From: Chitinophagales bacterium
GTDB lineage: Bacteria > Bacteroidota > Bacteroidia > Chitinophagales > BACL12
Direction of reading: 5' to 3'
Length of the DNA stretch: 56,105 nucleotides
Assembly: GCA_046160675.1 (NCBI GenBank)
Contig: JBJXHH010000076.1
Location: 1 to 56,105 of the forward strand
Shown in pieces: positions 40,572 to 51,083 of this stretch. Each line of letters begins with the position of its first letter. The first letter of the stretch is position 1. A program made the translations under genes and the position numbers. The notes under the pieces were generated by a model. That model made no database searches. It had not been told where the DNA came from and saw only the letters and a program-made list of their open reading frames with translations.

Positions 40572-42806
40572 ATGACTGAATATCAAAAAAATATTAAAAT
40601 TATTTCCCCTGTAATAAAAGGAATTCCGATAATAATCATTTGTATTGGAGCAGCCTTCTGGCTTGGGAATCAATATTTAAAATATTGTACCCCGGAATAT
40701 GAAAGTACAGCTGAGATCAAACTGGCGGATATTCAAGATGGCCCGTCAAGCAGCAATCTGTTCAAAGATTTTGATGTATTTGTCCAATCAAATAAAATTC
40801 AGGAGGAGGTTGCCACCATTAAATCACATATGATAGCCGATCGAGCATTGGATAAATTACAAATGTATAGGACAAATTGTTATAGAATCGGGGATATTAA
40901 GACTACCAACCTGTATAAAGAGTCGCCGTTTATTGTAAAGTTTTCAGAAAATAATTCCCATTTTTTTGATAAATCATTTCCGATTTCAATTGATATAAAT
41001 GAACGTTTTATATTGACTGATGTAACTGATAATAACAGAAAATACAACGGAAAACTAGGAAATGAATTGAAGCTTAAACATGGAACCCTATCTATTCTGA
41101 AAAACGAGGAGTTGTTCAATAAAAAGAAAAACATTGACCTTGCTGATAATTATTCCTTTATAATATACAACAGGGAAAGTCTCATCTCGAATATTATGAA
41201 TGGCTTAGACGTAACATCGATAGATAAAGATGTTGCTGTTTTGCGATTATCTTATAGAAGCGATGTTCCGGAGGAAGCAGCGGATGTTGTAAATGCTGTT
41301 GCGGAGGCATACATGGATGATTATGTGCAAAATAAAATTGAAGCAGCAGAACTCACAGTTAAATTTATTGATGAACAAATAGCATCCATTTCCGCACAGT
41401 TATCAGGTAGTGAAAACACAATAGAGTCTTTCCGAGATGCAAATAATATTATCAATATCAACCAACAAACAGAAACAGATTTGCGCAAAATTGCTGAAAT
41501 GAAAATTCAGATGTCAAATCTGCAAATGAATATAGCTGGAGTTGACACTTTAGTAAACTACCTGGAAAAAAATAAAAATGATTTTCATTCTACAGCCCCG
41601 AATTTCCAGGCTTACAATGATTTACTTTCAACTCAACTTGTCAAACAATTAAAGGAGCTAGAAGCTGAAAAGAAAGACTTACTACTAAAGTATACACCGG
41701 ATAATCAGAAAATAAAAGTCCTGGATGACAAGATGCAGGATATTACTGATTATATTATTGAAAGCGCAAAAAACACTCAAATAAATTTAAAAGCTAAATA
41801 CGATGAAACCTATTCGGCAATTTCGCAATCTGAAAGTGCATTTATTGGATTGCCCGCAAAGGAAAAACAATTAAGTATATATGAAAGGTACTTTAACCTC
41901 AATGAGAAAATGTACAATTTCCTAAATGAAAAAAAGATGGAAGCCGAAATCGCAAAAGCGGCATCAATTACTTTTCATCGCATAATAGAACCGGGAATTG
42001 TATCCAATGTTCCGGTTTCTCCTAATCGCTTATTTGTTCTTGCCCTTTTCATATTTATTGGGATCGTCATTAGCATCATTAGCATTTACATTTGGGATTC
42101 ATTTAAACCCGGTATTAGAAATTCTGATAAAGTAGAAAAGAATTCTAATATTCCATTTGGGGGTAAATTAAAATTATTATTTCCTAAAGAAGTTTTTCCA
42201 GCATTTAGAAAATTTTTATTTGACCTCAAGTTTAAGGGCGTAATAAACCACGGTAATACAGTTTGTATAAGTTCATATGGTCCAAAAACAGGAAAATCAT
42301 TTATTGCAAATTACTTGTCAGAAACCTTTGTAGAGGAAAACTTCCTAACCCTGTTTATTTCCTGCGATAATTCAGAATCCGGGTTAGACGAGATGAAAAA
42401 TTATACCGAAATGCCGGATAATTATTTAGCATGCAATAAACTACATGAATTAAGAATATCAGAAAGTGATATTCTTACACATAAATTTGAACAAATGTTA
42501 CCGTTTATTCAACATCGGTTCCAGGCAATTATTATTGATTGTTTTTCGATTTCAAATTCTGTTGCTGCCATCGGCTTAATGCGCCAGAGCCATCAAAATA
42601 TGATCGTTCTTGATTCATTTAAATCAAACCTCACTCATCTTCGGGAACTTGAAATCATATGTCTACAGTATCAAATTAGAAATCCATTTATCATACTAAA
42701 TAGAGAAGGTGCTTCAAGAATTGATGTCCTAAGATTTAATCTCGCTTCAGTTAAACAAAAACTGCCTCAGCCATCATTTCGTCCACAACTATCCCCGACT
42801 CACTAA
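40572..42806 (+). CDS. wzc: Wzc/GumC-like polysaccharide co-polymerase with degenerate kinase domain
   Basis: Two TMs, PEYESTA, long coiled coil, PVSPNR, Walker-A-like GPKTGKS; no C-terminal Tyr cluster. Confidence 0.85.
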   Translation: MTEYQKNIKIISPVIKGIPIIIICIGAAFWLGNQYLKYCTPEYESTAEIKLADIQDGPSSSNLFKDFDVFVQSNKIQEEVATIKSHMIADRALDKLQMYRTNCYRIGDIKTTNLYKESPFIVKFSENNSHFFDKSFPISIDINERFILTDVTDNNRKYNGKLGNELKLKHGTLSILKNEELFNKKKNIDLADNYSFIIYNRESLISNIMNGLDVTSIDKDVAVLRLSYRSDVPEEAADVVNAVAEAYMDDYVQNKIEAAELTVKFIDEQIASISAQLSGSENTIESFRDANNIININQQTETDLRKIAEMKIQMSNLQMNIAGVDTLVNYLEKNKNDFHSTAPNFQAYNDLLSTQLVKQLKELEAEKKDLLLKYTPDNQKIKVLDDKMQDITDYIIESAKNTQINLKAKYDETYSAISQSESAFIGLPAKEKQLSIYERYFNLNEKMYNFLNEKKMEAEIAKAASITFHRIIEPGIVSNVPVSPNRLFVLALFIFIGIVISIISIYIWDSFKPGIRNSDKVEKNSNIPFGGKLKLLFPKEVFPAFRKFLFDLKFKGVINHGNTVCISSYGPKTGKSFIANYLSETFVEENFLTLFISCDNSESGLDEMKNYTEMPDNYLACNKLHELRISESDILTHKFEQMLPFIQHRFQAIIIDCFSISNSVAAIGLMRQSHQNMIVLDSFKSNLTHLRELEIICLQYQIRNPFIILNREGASRIDVLRFNLASVKQKLPQPSFRPQLSPTH

Positions 42807-42807
42807 T

Positions 42808-44058
42808 ATGAAGAGGCTCATGCACAATCATAAACTACTTGTAGTAACTGACCAGTGTATTATAAGCGGTACAAATTTCATTACCGGAATATTTCTAGCA
42901 AAATTTTTAGGGTCAGAGCTTTTTGGAGTTTTTGCATTTTCATGGTTAATTCTTTTGATCATGATGTCATTCCAATTCAGCTTTTTCATTCAACCCATGC
43001 AAATATTATTAGCCAGGCTTACTATAATAAAACAAAAAGAATATTTAGGCAATGTACTTTATTTACAAATATTTTGGGCATTGAGTGCAGGAAGTATAGC
43101 TGCATTGCTTATTCATTTTAGCAACCTGAATCAGGTAAATAACAAATTCATATTAGCAACGATGATTACAGTAACTGCTACCCTATGCCAGGATTATATC
43201 CGACGAACCTATATCATCAAAAATAAATTATTAAATGCAGTTATCCATGATAGTTTTGTTAGCATTTTACAACTACTTTCGTTAATCATTATTTATTTCA
43301 CACAGGCATCCTTACCTTTTTGTTTATTCGCAATAGGTTGCAGCTACATACCCTCTGTTATTGTTGGGATTTATAAAAGCGAGAGGTCTAAATTAATTTT
43401 TTCAGAAATTAAATCAACCTTCATTAAAAACTGGGGTTATTCAAAATGGCTTGTTGCTACATCAACTTTGCAGATATTTTCAGGGAACTACTTATTATTG
43501 TTAGCTCCCAGTTATCTTGGGGTTGCAGTATTGGGTTCAATACGGCTTGCTCAAAATTTAATAGGAATTCTCAATGTAGTATTACAGGCCTTTGATAACT
43601 ATGTTCCTGTTACAGCTGCAAAACTCTACTCAGTAGAAACGAATAAATCTTATAAGTATTTAACTAAAATCAGTTTACAAGCTGCTGCTTTGATTTTCAC
43701 TATTCTGATACTTGTTTATATGACTGCAAGTCCTATTTTCTCCATTTCCGGTGGTTCCTCTTATGAAGGAAACGCATACATACTTCAAGGATTTTGTTTT
43801 GTCTATTTTTTCATGTTTGCAGGATATCCAATGAGGATTTTACTCCGTTTACAAGAAAGAACCCATCATATATTTATTGCTTATGTTCTAGCCTCAGTTT
43901 CAAATTTAGCATTTGCAAAATATATTCTTGAGAATTTTGGAGTAATCGGTTTACTGGTTTCGCTTTCAGCTATACAATGCATCATGCTTATTTATATGTC
44001 TTTAGTATTACTCATCAACAAAAAACAACATGCGAATTATTCATTGCATATTAGGTAA
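42808..44058 (+). CDS. wzx: Wzx-like flippase
   Basis: Multi-TM; DQCIISGTNF...LGSELFG start typical of polysaccharide flippases; locus context. Confidence 0.8.
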   Translation: MKRLMHNHKLLVVTDQCIISGTNFITGIFLAKFLGSELFGVFAFSWLILLIMMSFQFSFFIQPMQILLARLTIIKQKEYLGNVLYLQIFWALSAGSIAALLIHFSNLNQVNNKFILATMITVTATLCQDYIRRTYIIKNKLLNAVIHDSFVSILQLLSLIIIYFTQASLPFCLFAIGCSYIPSVIVGIYKSERSKLIFSEIKSTFIKNWGYSKWLVATSTLQIFSGNYLLLLAPSYLGVAVLGSIRLAQNLIGILNVVLQAFDNYVPVTAAKLYSVETNKSYKYLTKISLQAAALIFTILILVYMTASPIFSISGGSSYEGNAYILQGFCFVYFFMFAGYPMRILLRLQERTHHIFIAYVLASVSNLAFAKYILENFGVIGLLVSLSAIQCIMLIYMSLVLLINKKQHANYSLHIR

Positions 44059-45148
44059 GGCAAACCCTGAACGAATGAACGGTGTTAACCGTGTTGTTAA
44101 TGAATTAGCAACTAAACAACAACAGGCAAATAAAAATGTTGAAGTATGGGGGATATCAAAAAACATAGAACATAACTACCCGGAAAGAACATTTAGTACA
44201 AGGTTATATAAAGAAGCTGTTTTACAATTTATTGTACCTCGAAAGTTGAAAAAGGATATTTTACAATTAGATGCATCTGAAACAATTTTCCACCTCCATG
44301 GCGGATTTATTCCGTTGTATCCTGCTTTAGTTAGAACTCTAAGAAAAAAAAGTATTCGTTATATAATTACTCCCCATGGAGCATATAATAAATTAGCACT
44401 AAATAAAAATCCCTTTATCAAAAAGATATATACACAGTTATTTGAAAAAACCATTCTTAGGCATGCACACTATATTCACTGCCTGGGCAAAAGTGAAACA
44501 GACATAATTAAAACATTTATTGCACCAGAAAAAATAAAAGTAATTCCTTATGGATTTGAACAACCTGTAAATTCAGATTTAGAAACACACCAAAAAAATA
44601 AAAGCCTGGTATTTGGATATTGTGGCCGCATAGATATACATACAAAGGGATTGGATCTATTAATGCAAGGGTTTGCTAATTTTTTAACACAATCAAAAGC
44701 TGATGCATATTTAAACATTATCGGCGGGGGAACTGAATTACCTAGATTAACCGCACTTGCATCAGCCTTGGGAGTTGCAGATAAAGTTATTTTTTCCGGA
44801 GCTAAATATGGTAAAGAAAAATTTACGCTCTTACAAGAGATGGATGTTTTCTTTCACCCATCTCGAAACGAAGGGTTGCCCACCGCAGTTTTAGAAGCTA
44901 GTATGCTTGGAATTCCATGTGTTTTAAGTGAAGAGACAAACATGGGGGAATATATCAGGAAATCCGGTTGCGGAATCATGTTAGAAAGAAACGATGCGAA
45001 CACAATTCAAAATACAATGGCATTATTCCATCAACAAAAACAAATAAATGCTTTGCATAAAACTCATACTGAAAAGATTAAGAAACTTGCAGAATTTTTT
45101 AATTGGAAAACCATAATTCCGCAATTTGAAAAATTATATTTAGGATGA
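44030..45148 (+). CDS. GT4 glycosyltransferase
   Basis: ITPHG, GRIDIHTKGLD, PSRNEGLPTAVLEA (EX7E). Confidence 0.92.
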   Translation: MRIIHCILGKANPERMNGVNRVVNELATKQQQANKNVEVWGISKNIEHNYPERTFSTRLYKEAVLQFIVPRKLKKDILQLDASETIFHLHGGFIPLYPALVRTLRKKSIRYIITPHGAYNKLALNKNPFIKKIYTQLFEKTILRHAHYIHCLGKSETDIIKTFIAPEKIKVIPYGFEQPVNSDLETHQKNKSLVFGYCGRIDIHTKGLDLLMQGFANFLTQSKADAYLNIIGGGTELPRLTALASALGVADKVIFSGAKYGKEKFTLLQEMDVFFHPSRNEGLPTAVLEASMLGIPCVLSEETNMGEYIRKSGCGIMLERNDANTIQNTMALFHQQKQINALHKTHTEKIKKLAEFFNWKTIIPQFEKLYLG

Positions 45149-46437
45149 TAAACAATGTAAATACAGTCAATCATCAAGGTTTTACAAAGCTTTATTTGTT
45201 GCTATTGTTTGTCTTTTGCATCCATTTAGCCGGGTTTTTTAGCTGGAATGAGAATGTATTAATTACCCGTATCCTAAAACTGTGCATGCGAACTTCCATG
45301 ACTTTTCTGTTGCTAGGAATTTATTATCGCTTAAAAATTAAAGGTTTAGTCCCATCATTTCGATATGAGAATTCATTCGTACTTATTTTTTATGGCCTCT
45401 ATCTTCTATTAGGTTTATTTTCATTTTTATGGTCATCAGATCCTCTTTACTCAGCACTACAGTGGTTTATGGATATTCAGGTTTTACTATTTGCTTTTTA
45501 TTTGATGCAAATATTAATAATTATCAAGGCATATTACCCGCAGAATAAAATAAATATATCTCGTTTAATTTCTGATTCTTCATTTTTCATTCTTCTGATA
45601 TTCATTGTTGGTAAATTTCTTTTACCCTCCACTTTTTACAGAATGACACATGGAGGTGAGTTGGCCAGGCTCGGAGGATGGATGATGAATCCGAATGAAT
45701 TAGGGATGCTTTGTGCAGTTGGAGTGAGCTGTTCATTGTATAACATGATAACATTTAAAAAATATATTTTCTCTTTATGTAAAATTTGTATACTCATATA
45801 TGCACTTTTTCTAACGGGGTCAAGGTCTTCTCTTATTGGTTTAATTCTTATTATTCTGTTTTATATTCTTACATCAAAACAGAGGATACTAAAGACAATA
45901 TCAATAACAATTCTGGTTATCGGTATTCCATTTATTGTACAATATTTATTTTTAAATCAGGGAGGATGGGAGGAAATTTTCAGTTTAACCGGTAGGATCC
46001 CATTTTGGAATGCGCTAATCACAGAAGGCTTACCTAAAGAACCTATCTGGGGTTATGGGTTTATGCGTATAGCTTATGAAGATTCTTTCCAAGGAGTACA
46101 TACATATGCAGGGCAGATGACACATAATACTTTCTTACAGGTACTAATGAATCTAGGGCTTGTTGGCTTTTTTATTGTACTTCTCCAACTCACATTCACA
46201 ATCAGGGCATTTTATCATCTCAAAGAGAAAAAAGAAAAACTAATGCTGATGGGGCTTAGCATACCAATACTAATTAATTCATTTACCGAATTCGGAATAT
46301 TTGGTGAAAACAATTTTGGTATACTATTCTATTATTTAATCTTATTTTCTCTATGTATAAAATACAACCCAAAACTGACTCTCAAAGAAAAATTGGTTGA
46401 AGAGAGGCATTTTCCATCAAGAACCATTCTGGCCTAG
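45145..46437 (+). CDS. Wzy polymerase / O-antigen ligase family protein
   Basis: Multi-TM; RLGG..MNPNELG, LTGSRSS, LTGRIPFW, PIWGYG, HNTFLQ. Confidence 0.88.
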   Translation: MINNVNTVNHQGFTKLYLLLLFVFCIHLAGFFSWNENVLITRILKLCMRTSMTFLLLGIYYRLKIKGLVPSFRYENSFVLIFYGLYLLLGLFSFLWSSDPLYSALQWFMDIQVLLFAFYLMQILIIIKAYYPQNKINISRLISDSSFFILLIFIVGKFLLPSTFYRMTHGGELARLGGWMMNPNELGMLCAVGVSCSLYNMITFKKYIFSLCKICILIYALFLTGSRSSLIGLILIILFYILTSKQRILKTISITILVIGIPFIVQYLFLNQGGWEEIFSLTGRIPFWNALITEGLPKEPIWGYGFMRIAYEDSFQGVHTYAGQMTHNTFLQVLMNLGLVGFFIVLLQLTFTIRAFYHLKEKKEKLMLMGLSIPILINSFTEFGIFGENNFGILFYYLILFSLCIKYNPKLTLKEKLVEERHFPSRTILA

Positions 46438-46439
46438 GT

Positions 46440-46473
46440 TTCCATTTTTTGGAAAGCTTTCCTATAACTGGAT
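46440..46473. promoter_or_regulatory. Tandem TTCCA-N5-TGGAA-type sites (candidate enhancer)
   Basis: TTCCATTTTTTGGAA (46440-46454) and TTCCTATAACTGGAT (46459-46473). Confidence 0.65.
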
Positions 46474-46534
46474 AAAAACTTAAACCCTATTATTAAAAGT
46501 GCTTATTTCACTAGGCTTTCAGGCCATTCAGACC

Positions 46535-46551
46535 TTGGTATATTATATGCA
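46535..46551 (+). promoter_or_regulatory. Sigma-54 -24/-12 promoter
   Basis: TTGGTATATTATATGCA: GG at 46537, GC at 46549 (GG-N10-GC). Confidence 0.65.
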
Positions 46552-46576
46552 AAACTTATATTACGTACACACACAC

Positions 46577-49045
46577 ATGTTAACCGGCTCCGAATATTTT
46601 ACAAAATCTTTTCTCAGTAACCACTTCTTTCCGGAACCTACCGAAGGAAATAAAATTGAATTGCATTTCATCAAAAATCCGGATAAATCGATACGCTGGA
46701 TTTACCCAGCAAAATTAACAGAACCTCTCTTTCTCAAATTTTACAATGCCGCTACAATAAAAAGTAAAATATATGCATTTCTGGTCGAAATTGTTTTCCT
46801 GCTTCGATTAAATCGGTTCCTAAAAAGCGGAAGCATTTTTACAGAAGCTTCCCATATTAAAAATCTGCTTGGAAGCGATTTAAGCAATACCGCTTGGGCA
46901 CTCTTCACGGGAACAATAGGTCCCGGGAGAAAGTTAATTTCAGTTACAAAAAGTAAAAAAGGGATCTATTATTTTACTAAACTAGCAATAACTGAAAAAA
47001 GCAAACTTGATTTAGAAAATGAAATTACAGCATTACAATATATACATAGTATTAACCTAAAAGATATTCAAGTTTCAAAAATAAAGATTTTAGATTCTGA
47101 TAGTTGCAAATTCACAGATCTGAAATCGAAAGGTGCATTCAGAACTCCTTACCTGACTCAACAGCATGTTCATGCGATAATAGATTTACAATCTTCAACA
47201 ATAAACACGACATATGCAAAGTCGGAATTTTGGAAGGAAATTTCGTTGCGCATTTCGAACCTAAAAAATACTCAGTCAAAAATACCAACCGATCTAATAG
47301 GCAAAGTTGAGCAGCTCCAAAATCAACTGAAAAGCAATAATGAATTTCAATCGTATTTTGCTCACGGAGATTTTACACCCTGGAATTTATATGTTACAAA
47401 ACATAATATAGCCCTTTATGATTGGGAGTTAGCTGGTTTTCAGCCCATATTATTTGATTTATTTCACTTTATATGTCAATCCGGTATATTGTTACAAAAG
47501 AAAAATTATGTTTCTTTAAGAAAAGAAATTGATACTTTTATAAACACTTGTACCGAAGATACTCGTCTGAATAATTCAGGCCTTCAACCCCGCATTTATT
47601 TTGGCCTTTATTTATTAAGTATAACAACTTATTACATAAACATCTACAATACTCAAGAAAAGTGGCATACGCAAGTGTATTGGCTTCTTTCGTTTTGGGA
47701 AAAAGCTTTATCAGAAGAAATTGCATACTACTCAAAAAAGAAGTACAGGGAAATATTTTTGCCAGAATTCTTTTCGCATTTGCGCAATTCCAGGTATGCA
47801 TTTTTGAAATTTCATTATTCGAATATTGAAGACATTCCAATAACTTCCGATATTGATCTTGTTGTTGAAAAATCCGAAATAGAAACTGTAAATAAATTCA
47901 TCGCACAGCATGTATTAGTTAAAAAATTGAACATCGTAAAGAATTCTATGATGGCAAATTTTGAAATATTTTTCCGGGATGGAAGTATGCTTAGCGTCGA
48001 CTTAATTCATAGCATCAGGCGGAAAAATGTTGTAATGTTGGAAGCGAATTCTGTTTTAGATTCTGCAATTGTTAATGAATCGGGTATAAAAGTAGCATCA
48101 AAAATAAATGACCTACTGTACACCTGGTTATTTTATATTCTAAATGATTCTAATATTCCGGATAAATATATAGTACGATATGCACAGCTCTATAATATAG
48201 AACTGCAAAAACTCATGCAAGAATTTGAATCTATTCTTCATTTACGAGAAAGTAATTTGTGTGATATTTTTACTAATTCAAATCTACATGCCAGCAAAGC
48301 AAAAATTTACTTAAAGACTTTAAGAGAAAATCATGGAATACAAAAATTGAAAAATAGTATTCAATATTTCAGGGATATAATCAAGAATTTAAGTTTTAAT
48401 AAAAAAGGGCTTACAATAACATTTAGCGGAGTTGATGGTTCCGGTAAATCAACAGTGATTCAGGAAACACAAAAACTATTAGAAAAAAAATATAGACGAA
48501 AAGTAGTAGTCATTAGACACCGTCCAGGTATATTACCTATCTTAAGCGCCTGGAAATATGGGAAAAAAGAAGCCGAAACCAGGGCTACACATCAATTACC
48601 AAGAAAAGGAAAAAATACCAGTAAATCTCTCTCCTTACTCCGCTTTAGCTATTATTACTTGGATTTTATACTAGGCCAGTTTTATGTTTGGTTTAAATAT
48701 ACTGCTCAGGGGTACATTGTTTTATATGACAGGTACTATTTTGATTTCATAAATGACCCGAAGCGTTCAAATATAAATTTATCTTCTTCATTTATTAAAA
48801 AGTTTTATGCCGCCATCTTTAAACCTAAACTCAATTTCTTTTTATATGCCCCTGCAGATGTTATTATTTCCAGAAAACAAGAATTGTCTAAAGAAGATAT
48901 AATAGATCTGACTGAAAAATACAACGGTCTTTTTCAAAACTTTCAAAAGAAATATAACCGTTCTGCGTATATAAGTATACAAAATATTGAACTTGAAAAA
49001 ACCTTGCAAACTATTTTATCAAATTATCAAAATTCGTTAGAATGA
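46577..49045 (+). CDS. Three-domain protein: APH-like phosphotransferase + nucleotidyltransferase-like + thymidylate-kinase-like P-loop
   Basis: HGDFTPWN...YDWE...FDLFHF; SDIDLVV...VDL; FSGVDGSGKST...YDRY. ATG at 46577 preferred (ORF open to 46499) because of the promoter and leader motif. Confidence 0.8.
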   Translation: MLTGSEYFTKSFLSNHFFPEPTEGNKIELHFIKNPDKSIRWIYPAKLTEPLFLKFYNAATIKSKIYAFLVEIVFLLRLNRFLKSGSIFTEASHIKNLLGSDLSNTAWALFTGTIGPGRKLISVTKSKKGIYYFTKLAITEKSKLDLENEITALQYIHSINLKDIQVSKIKILDSDSCKFTDLKSKGAFRTPYLTQQHVHAIIDLQSSTINTTYAKSEFWKEISLRISNLKNTQSKIPTDLIGKVEQLQNQLKSNNEFQSYFAHGDFTPWNLYVTKHNIALYDWELAGFQPILFDLFHFICQSGILLQKKNYVSLRKEIDTFINTCTEDTRLNNSGLQPRIYFGLYLLSITTYYINIYNTQEKWHTQVYWLLSFWEKALSEEIAYYSKKKYREIFLPEFFSHLRNSRYAFLKFHYSNIEDIPITSDIDLVVEKSEIETVNKFIAQHVLVKKLNIVKNSMMANFEIFFRDGSMLSVDLIHSIRRKNVVMLEANSVLDSAIVNESGIKVASKINDLLYTWLFYILNDSNIPDKYIVRYAQLYNIELQKLMQEFESILHLRESNLCDIFTNSNLHASKAKIYLKTLRENHGIQKLKNSIQYFRDIIKNLSFNKKGLTITFSGVDGSGKSTVIQETQKLLEKKYRRKVVVIRHRPGILPILSAWKYGKKEAETRATHQLPRKGKNTSKSLSLLRFSYYYLDFILGQFYVWFKYTAQGYIVLYDRYYFDFINDPKRSNINLSSSFIKKFYAAIFKPKLNFFLYAPADVIISRKQELSKEDIIDLTEKYNGLFQNFQKKYNRSAYISIQNIELEKTLQTILSNYQNSLE

Positions 49046-49779
49046 AAGGTTTAATTGAAAATATTATCCGATTACGCAACCCCTTGTTCTCGTTTGATAG
49101 AGAAATAAGTGGTGTTGAAATTTTCATGTTTTTTATGCAGAAGAGCATAATGATATTTCGTGGGTTCAGGATACTTTTCCGATTCCGAAAGCCTAAGTTT
49201 ATTATGTTAGGAAGAAATGTTCGATTCTTCAATTTCAGAAAAATTCATTTTGGGAAGTTTGTAAAAATTGACACAAACGTTTTTATCTCAGCTTTGGGAA
49301 AGGAGGGAATTTTCATAGGTGATAATTCCAGTATAGGCGCTTTCAGCAGGGTAATTATATCAACAACATTAAACAATACAGGAGCCTTTATTCGTATTGG
49401 AAATAATGTAGGCATTGGTGAATTTGCATATCTGGGAGGAGCCGGTGGTTTGCAAATTGGTGATAATTGTATTGTAGGACAATATTTTAGTTGCCATCCT
49501 GAAAATCATAACTACGCATCAACAGATGATTTAATTCGCAACCAGGGTGTAAATAGAAAAGGAATTAAAATAGGCGCAGATTGCTGGATAGGAAGCAAGG
49601 TAACCATTCTTGATGGGGTTATAATTGGAGAGGGTTGTGTTATTGCAGCAGGTGCAGTAGTTACAAGGTCAATGCCTGCTTATTCTGTGGTTGGCGGGGT
49701 ACCGGCTAAAGTGCTAAAAAGCAGAAATGAATTAGAACGACATCGAAACATACTAACACTTAAAAAAGCCATTGCCTGA
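49042..49779 (+). CDS. Hexapeptide-repeat (LbetaH) O-acyltransferase
   Basis: IGDNSSIG, IGNNVGIG, IGADCWIG, IAAGAVVT, GGVPAKV. Confidence 0.92.
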   Translation: MKGLIENIIRLRNPLFSFDREISGVEIFMFFMQKSIMIFRGFRILFRFRKPKFIMLGRNVRFFNFRKIHFGKFVKIDTNVFISALGKEGIFIGDNSSIGAFSRVIISTTLNNTGAFIRIGNNVGIGEFAYLGGAGGLQIGDNCIVGQYFSCHPENHNYASTDDLIRNQGVNRKGIKIGADCWIGSKVTILDGVIIGEGCVIAAGAVVTRSMPAYSVVGGVPAKVLKSRNELERHRNILTLKKAIA

Positions 49780-51083
49780 AAATACTGAAAACCATATTAG
49801 TAACTGCTTATGCAGTAAATCCTTATAAAGGATCTGAAGATGGCACAGGCTGGAATTGGATTTTAGAAATAGCCAGATTTAGGAAGGTTATTGCTATTAC
49901 AAGAAAAAACAACCGCCCCCATATTGAGAAATATATCCTTGAGCATCCTGATCTATATTCCGTAACAAACAATATCCAATTTTTTTATTTTGATCTTCCC
50001 TATTTTCTTAGATTCTGGAAAAAAGGACCACATCTCGCACTACTATATTTTTATTTATGGCAAATCACAATGCCCATCTTTATAAAAAGAAATAAACTAA
50101 AATTTGATATAGTACATAATTTAAATTTTCACACGGACTGGTTACCGAGTTTTTTATGGGTATTTAACAAACCTTTCATTTGGGGACCTGTAGGCCACCA
50201 TCCTTGTGTGCCCAATGAATTTTCACTAAATCCTTATGGAAGAAAAGAAGTAATAAAAAACAAAGCAACCTGGTTTCTGAAAAAACTATTTTGGACGTTT
50301 GATATTTTTCTAAAAATATGCAGGAACAGTGCAGATTATATTTTAGCAGTCAATTCTGACACACGGAAACATTTAAGTTCTGATAAAAACAAAACCATTG
50401 TTATACCGGCTGTAGCAGCACCAAAATATGTTTTCGAAAAAAAGAAAGATGAAATATTTACAGTACTAAGTGTTGGAAGGTTTGTACCACTTAAAGGATT
50501 TGATCTAACTGTTGCCTGTTTTGCCAAGTTTATTAAAGGACTCCCCTTAGAAAAAAGAAAAAACGCAAAACTTTTTCTTATTGGAAGTGGTCCCCTGAAA
50601 ACATTTCTGCAGAATCAAATAAAAGAATTACAGATAGAAGAATATGTAGAAATGATTCCTTGGATTGAGCAGAATAAGTTATTTGATATCTATACGTTAG
50701 CAGATGTTTTTCTTTTCCCATCACATGAAGGTGCAGGGATGGTAATACCAGAGGCATTAAGTTTTGAATTACCTGTGATTTGCTTTGACAACAGTGGTCC
50801 CGGTGAACTTGTTTCGAAACTTTCAGAATTAAAAGTGCCGTACACAACATATGATAATTCTGTTAACCAGTTTGCTGGAAAACTAAATTTATTATTCACT
50901 AATAATGCCCTATTTCAAAAAGAAAAAGAACTTGCTCGTGAACATCATGCAGCATACTTAACCTGGGAATCTAAAGGTATATTTTTAGATACCTTATATA
51001 ATACATTAGATAGAAAATTTTATGAAGAAGGTTTGTGCAGTACACCTGCTGAACGACTACAGCGGGAGCCCGTTGGTTTTTAG
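49776..51083 (+). CDS. GT4 glycosyltransferase, probable CTG start
   Basis: The frame of ORF 50070-51083 is open upstream to a TAA at 49761 and encodes ILVTAYAVNPYKGSEDGTGWNW; VGRFVPLKG and PSHEGAGMVIPEA. Confidence 0.85.
   Translation: MKILKTILVTAYAVNPYKGSEDGTGWNWILEIARFRKVIAITRKNNRPHIEKYILEHPDLYSVTNNIQFFYFDLPYFLRFWKKGPHLALLYFYLWQITMPIFIKRNKLKFDIVHNLNFHTDWLPSFLWVFNKPFIWGPVGHHPCVPNEFSLNPYGRKEVIKNKATWFLKKLFWTFDIFLKICRNSADYILAVNSDTRKHLSSDKNKTIVIPAVAAPKYVFEKKKDEIFTVLSVGRFVPLKGFDLTVACFAKFIKGLPLEKRKNAKLFLIGSGPLKTFLQNQIKELQIEEYVEMIPWIEQNKLFDIYTLADVFLFPSHEGAGMVIPEALSFELPVICFDNSGPGELVSKLSELKVPYTTYDNSVNQFAGKLNLLFTNNALFQKEKELAREHHAAYLTWESKGIFLDTLYNTLDRKFYEEGLCSTPAERLQREPVGF

Noticed and set aside
46451-46462. 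GGAAAGCTTTCC (and GGAATTTATTCC at 52181) as a separate operator
   Set aside because: These arise automatically from two TTCCA-N5-TGGAA-type sites spaced 19 bp apart
46567-46576. (AC)5 as a phase-variable frameshift tract inside the 46499 ORF
   Set aside because: The tract is short, and the likely start is the ATG right after it, which places it in the leader
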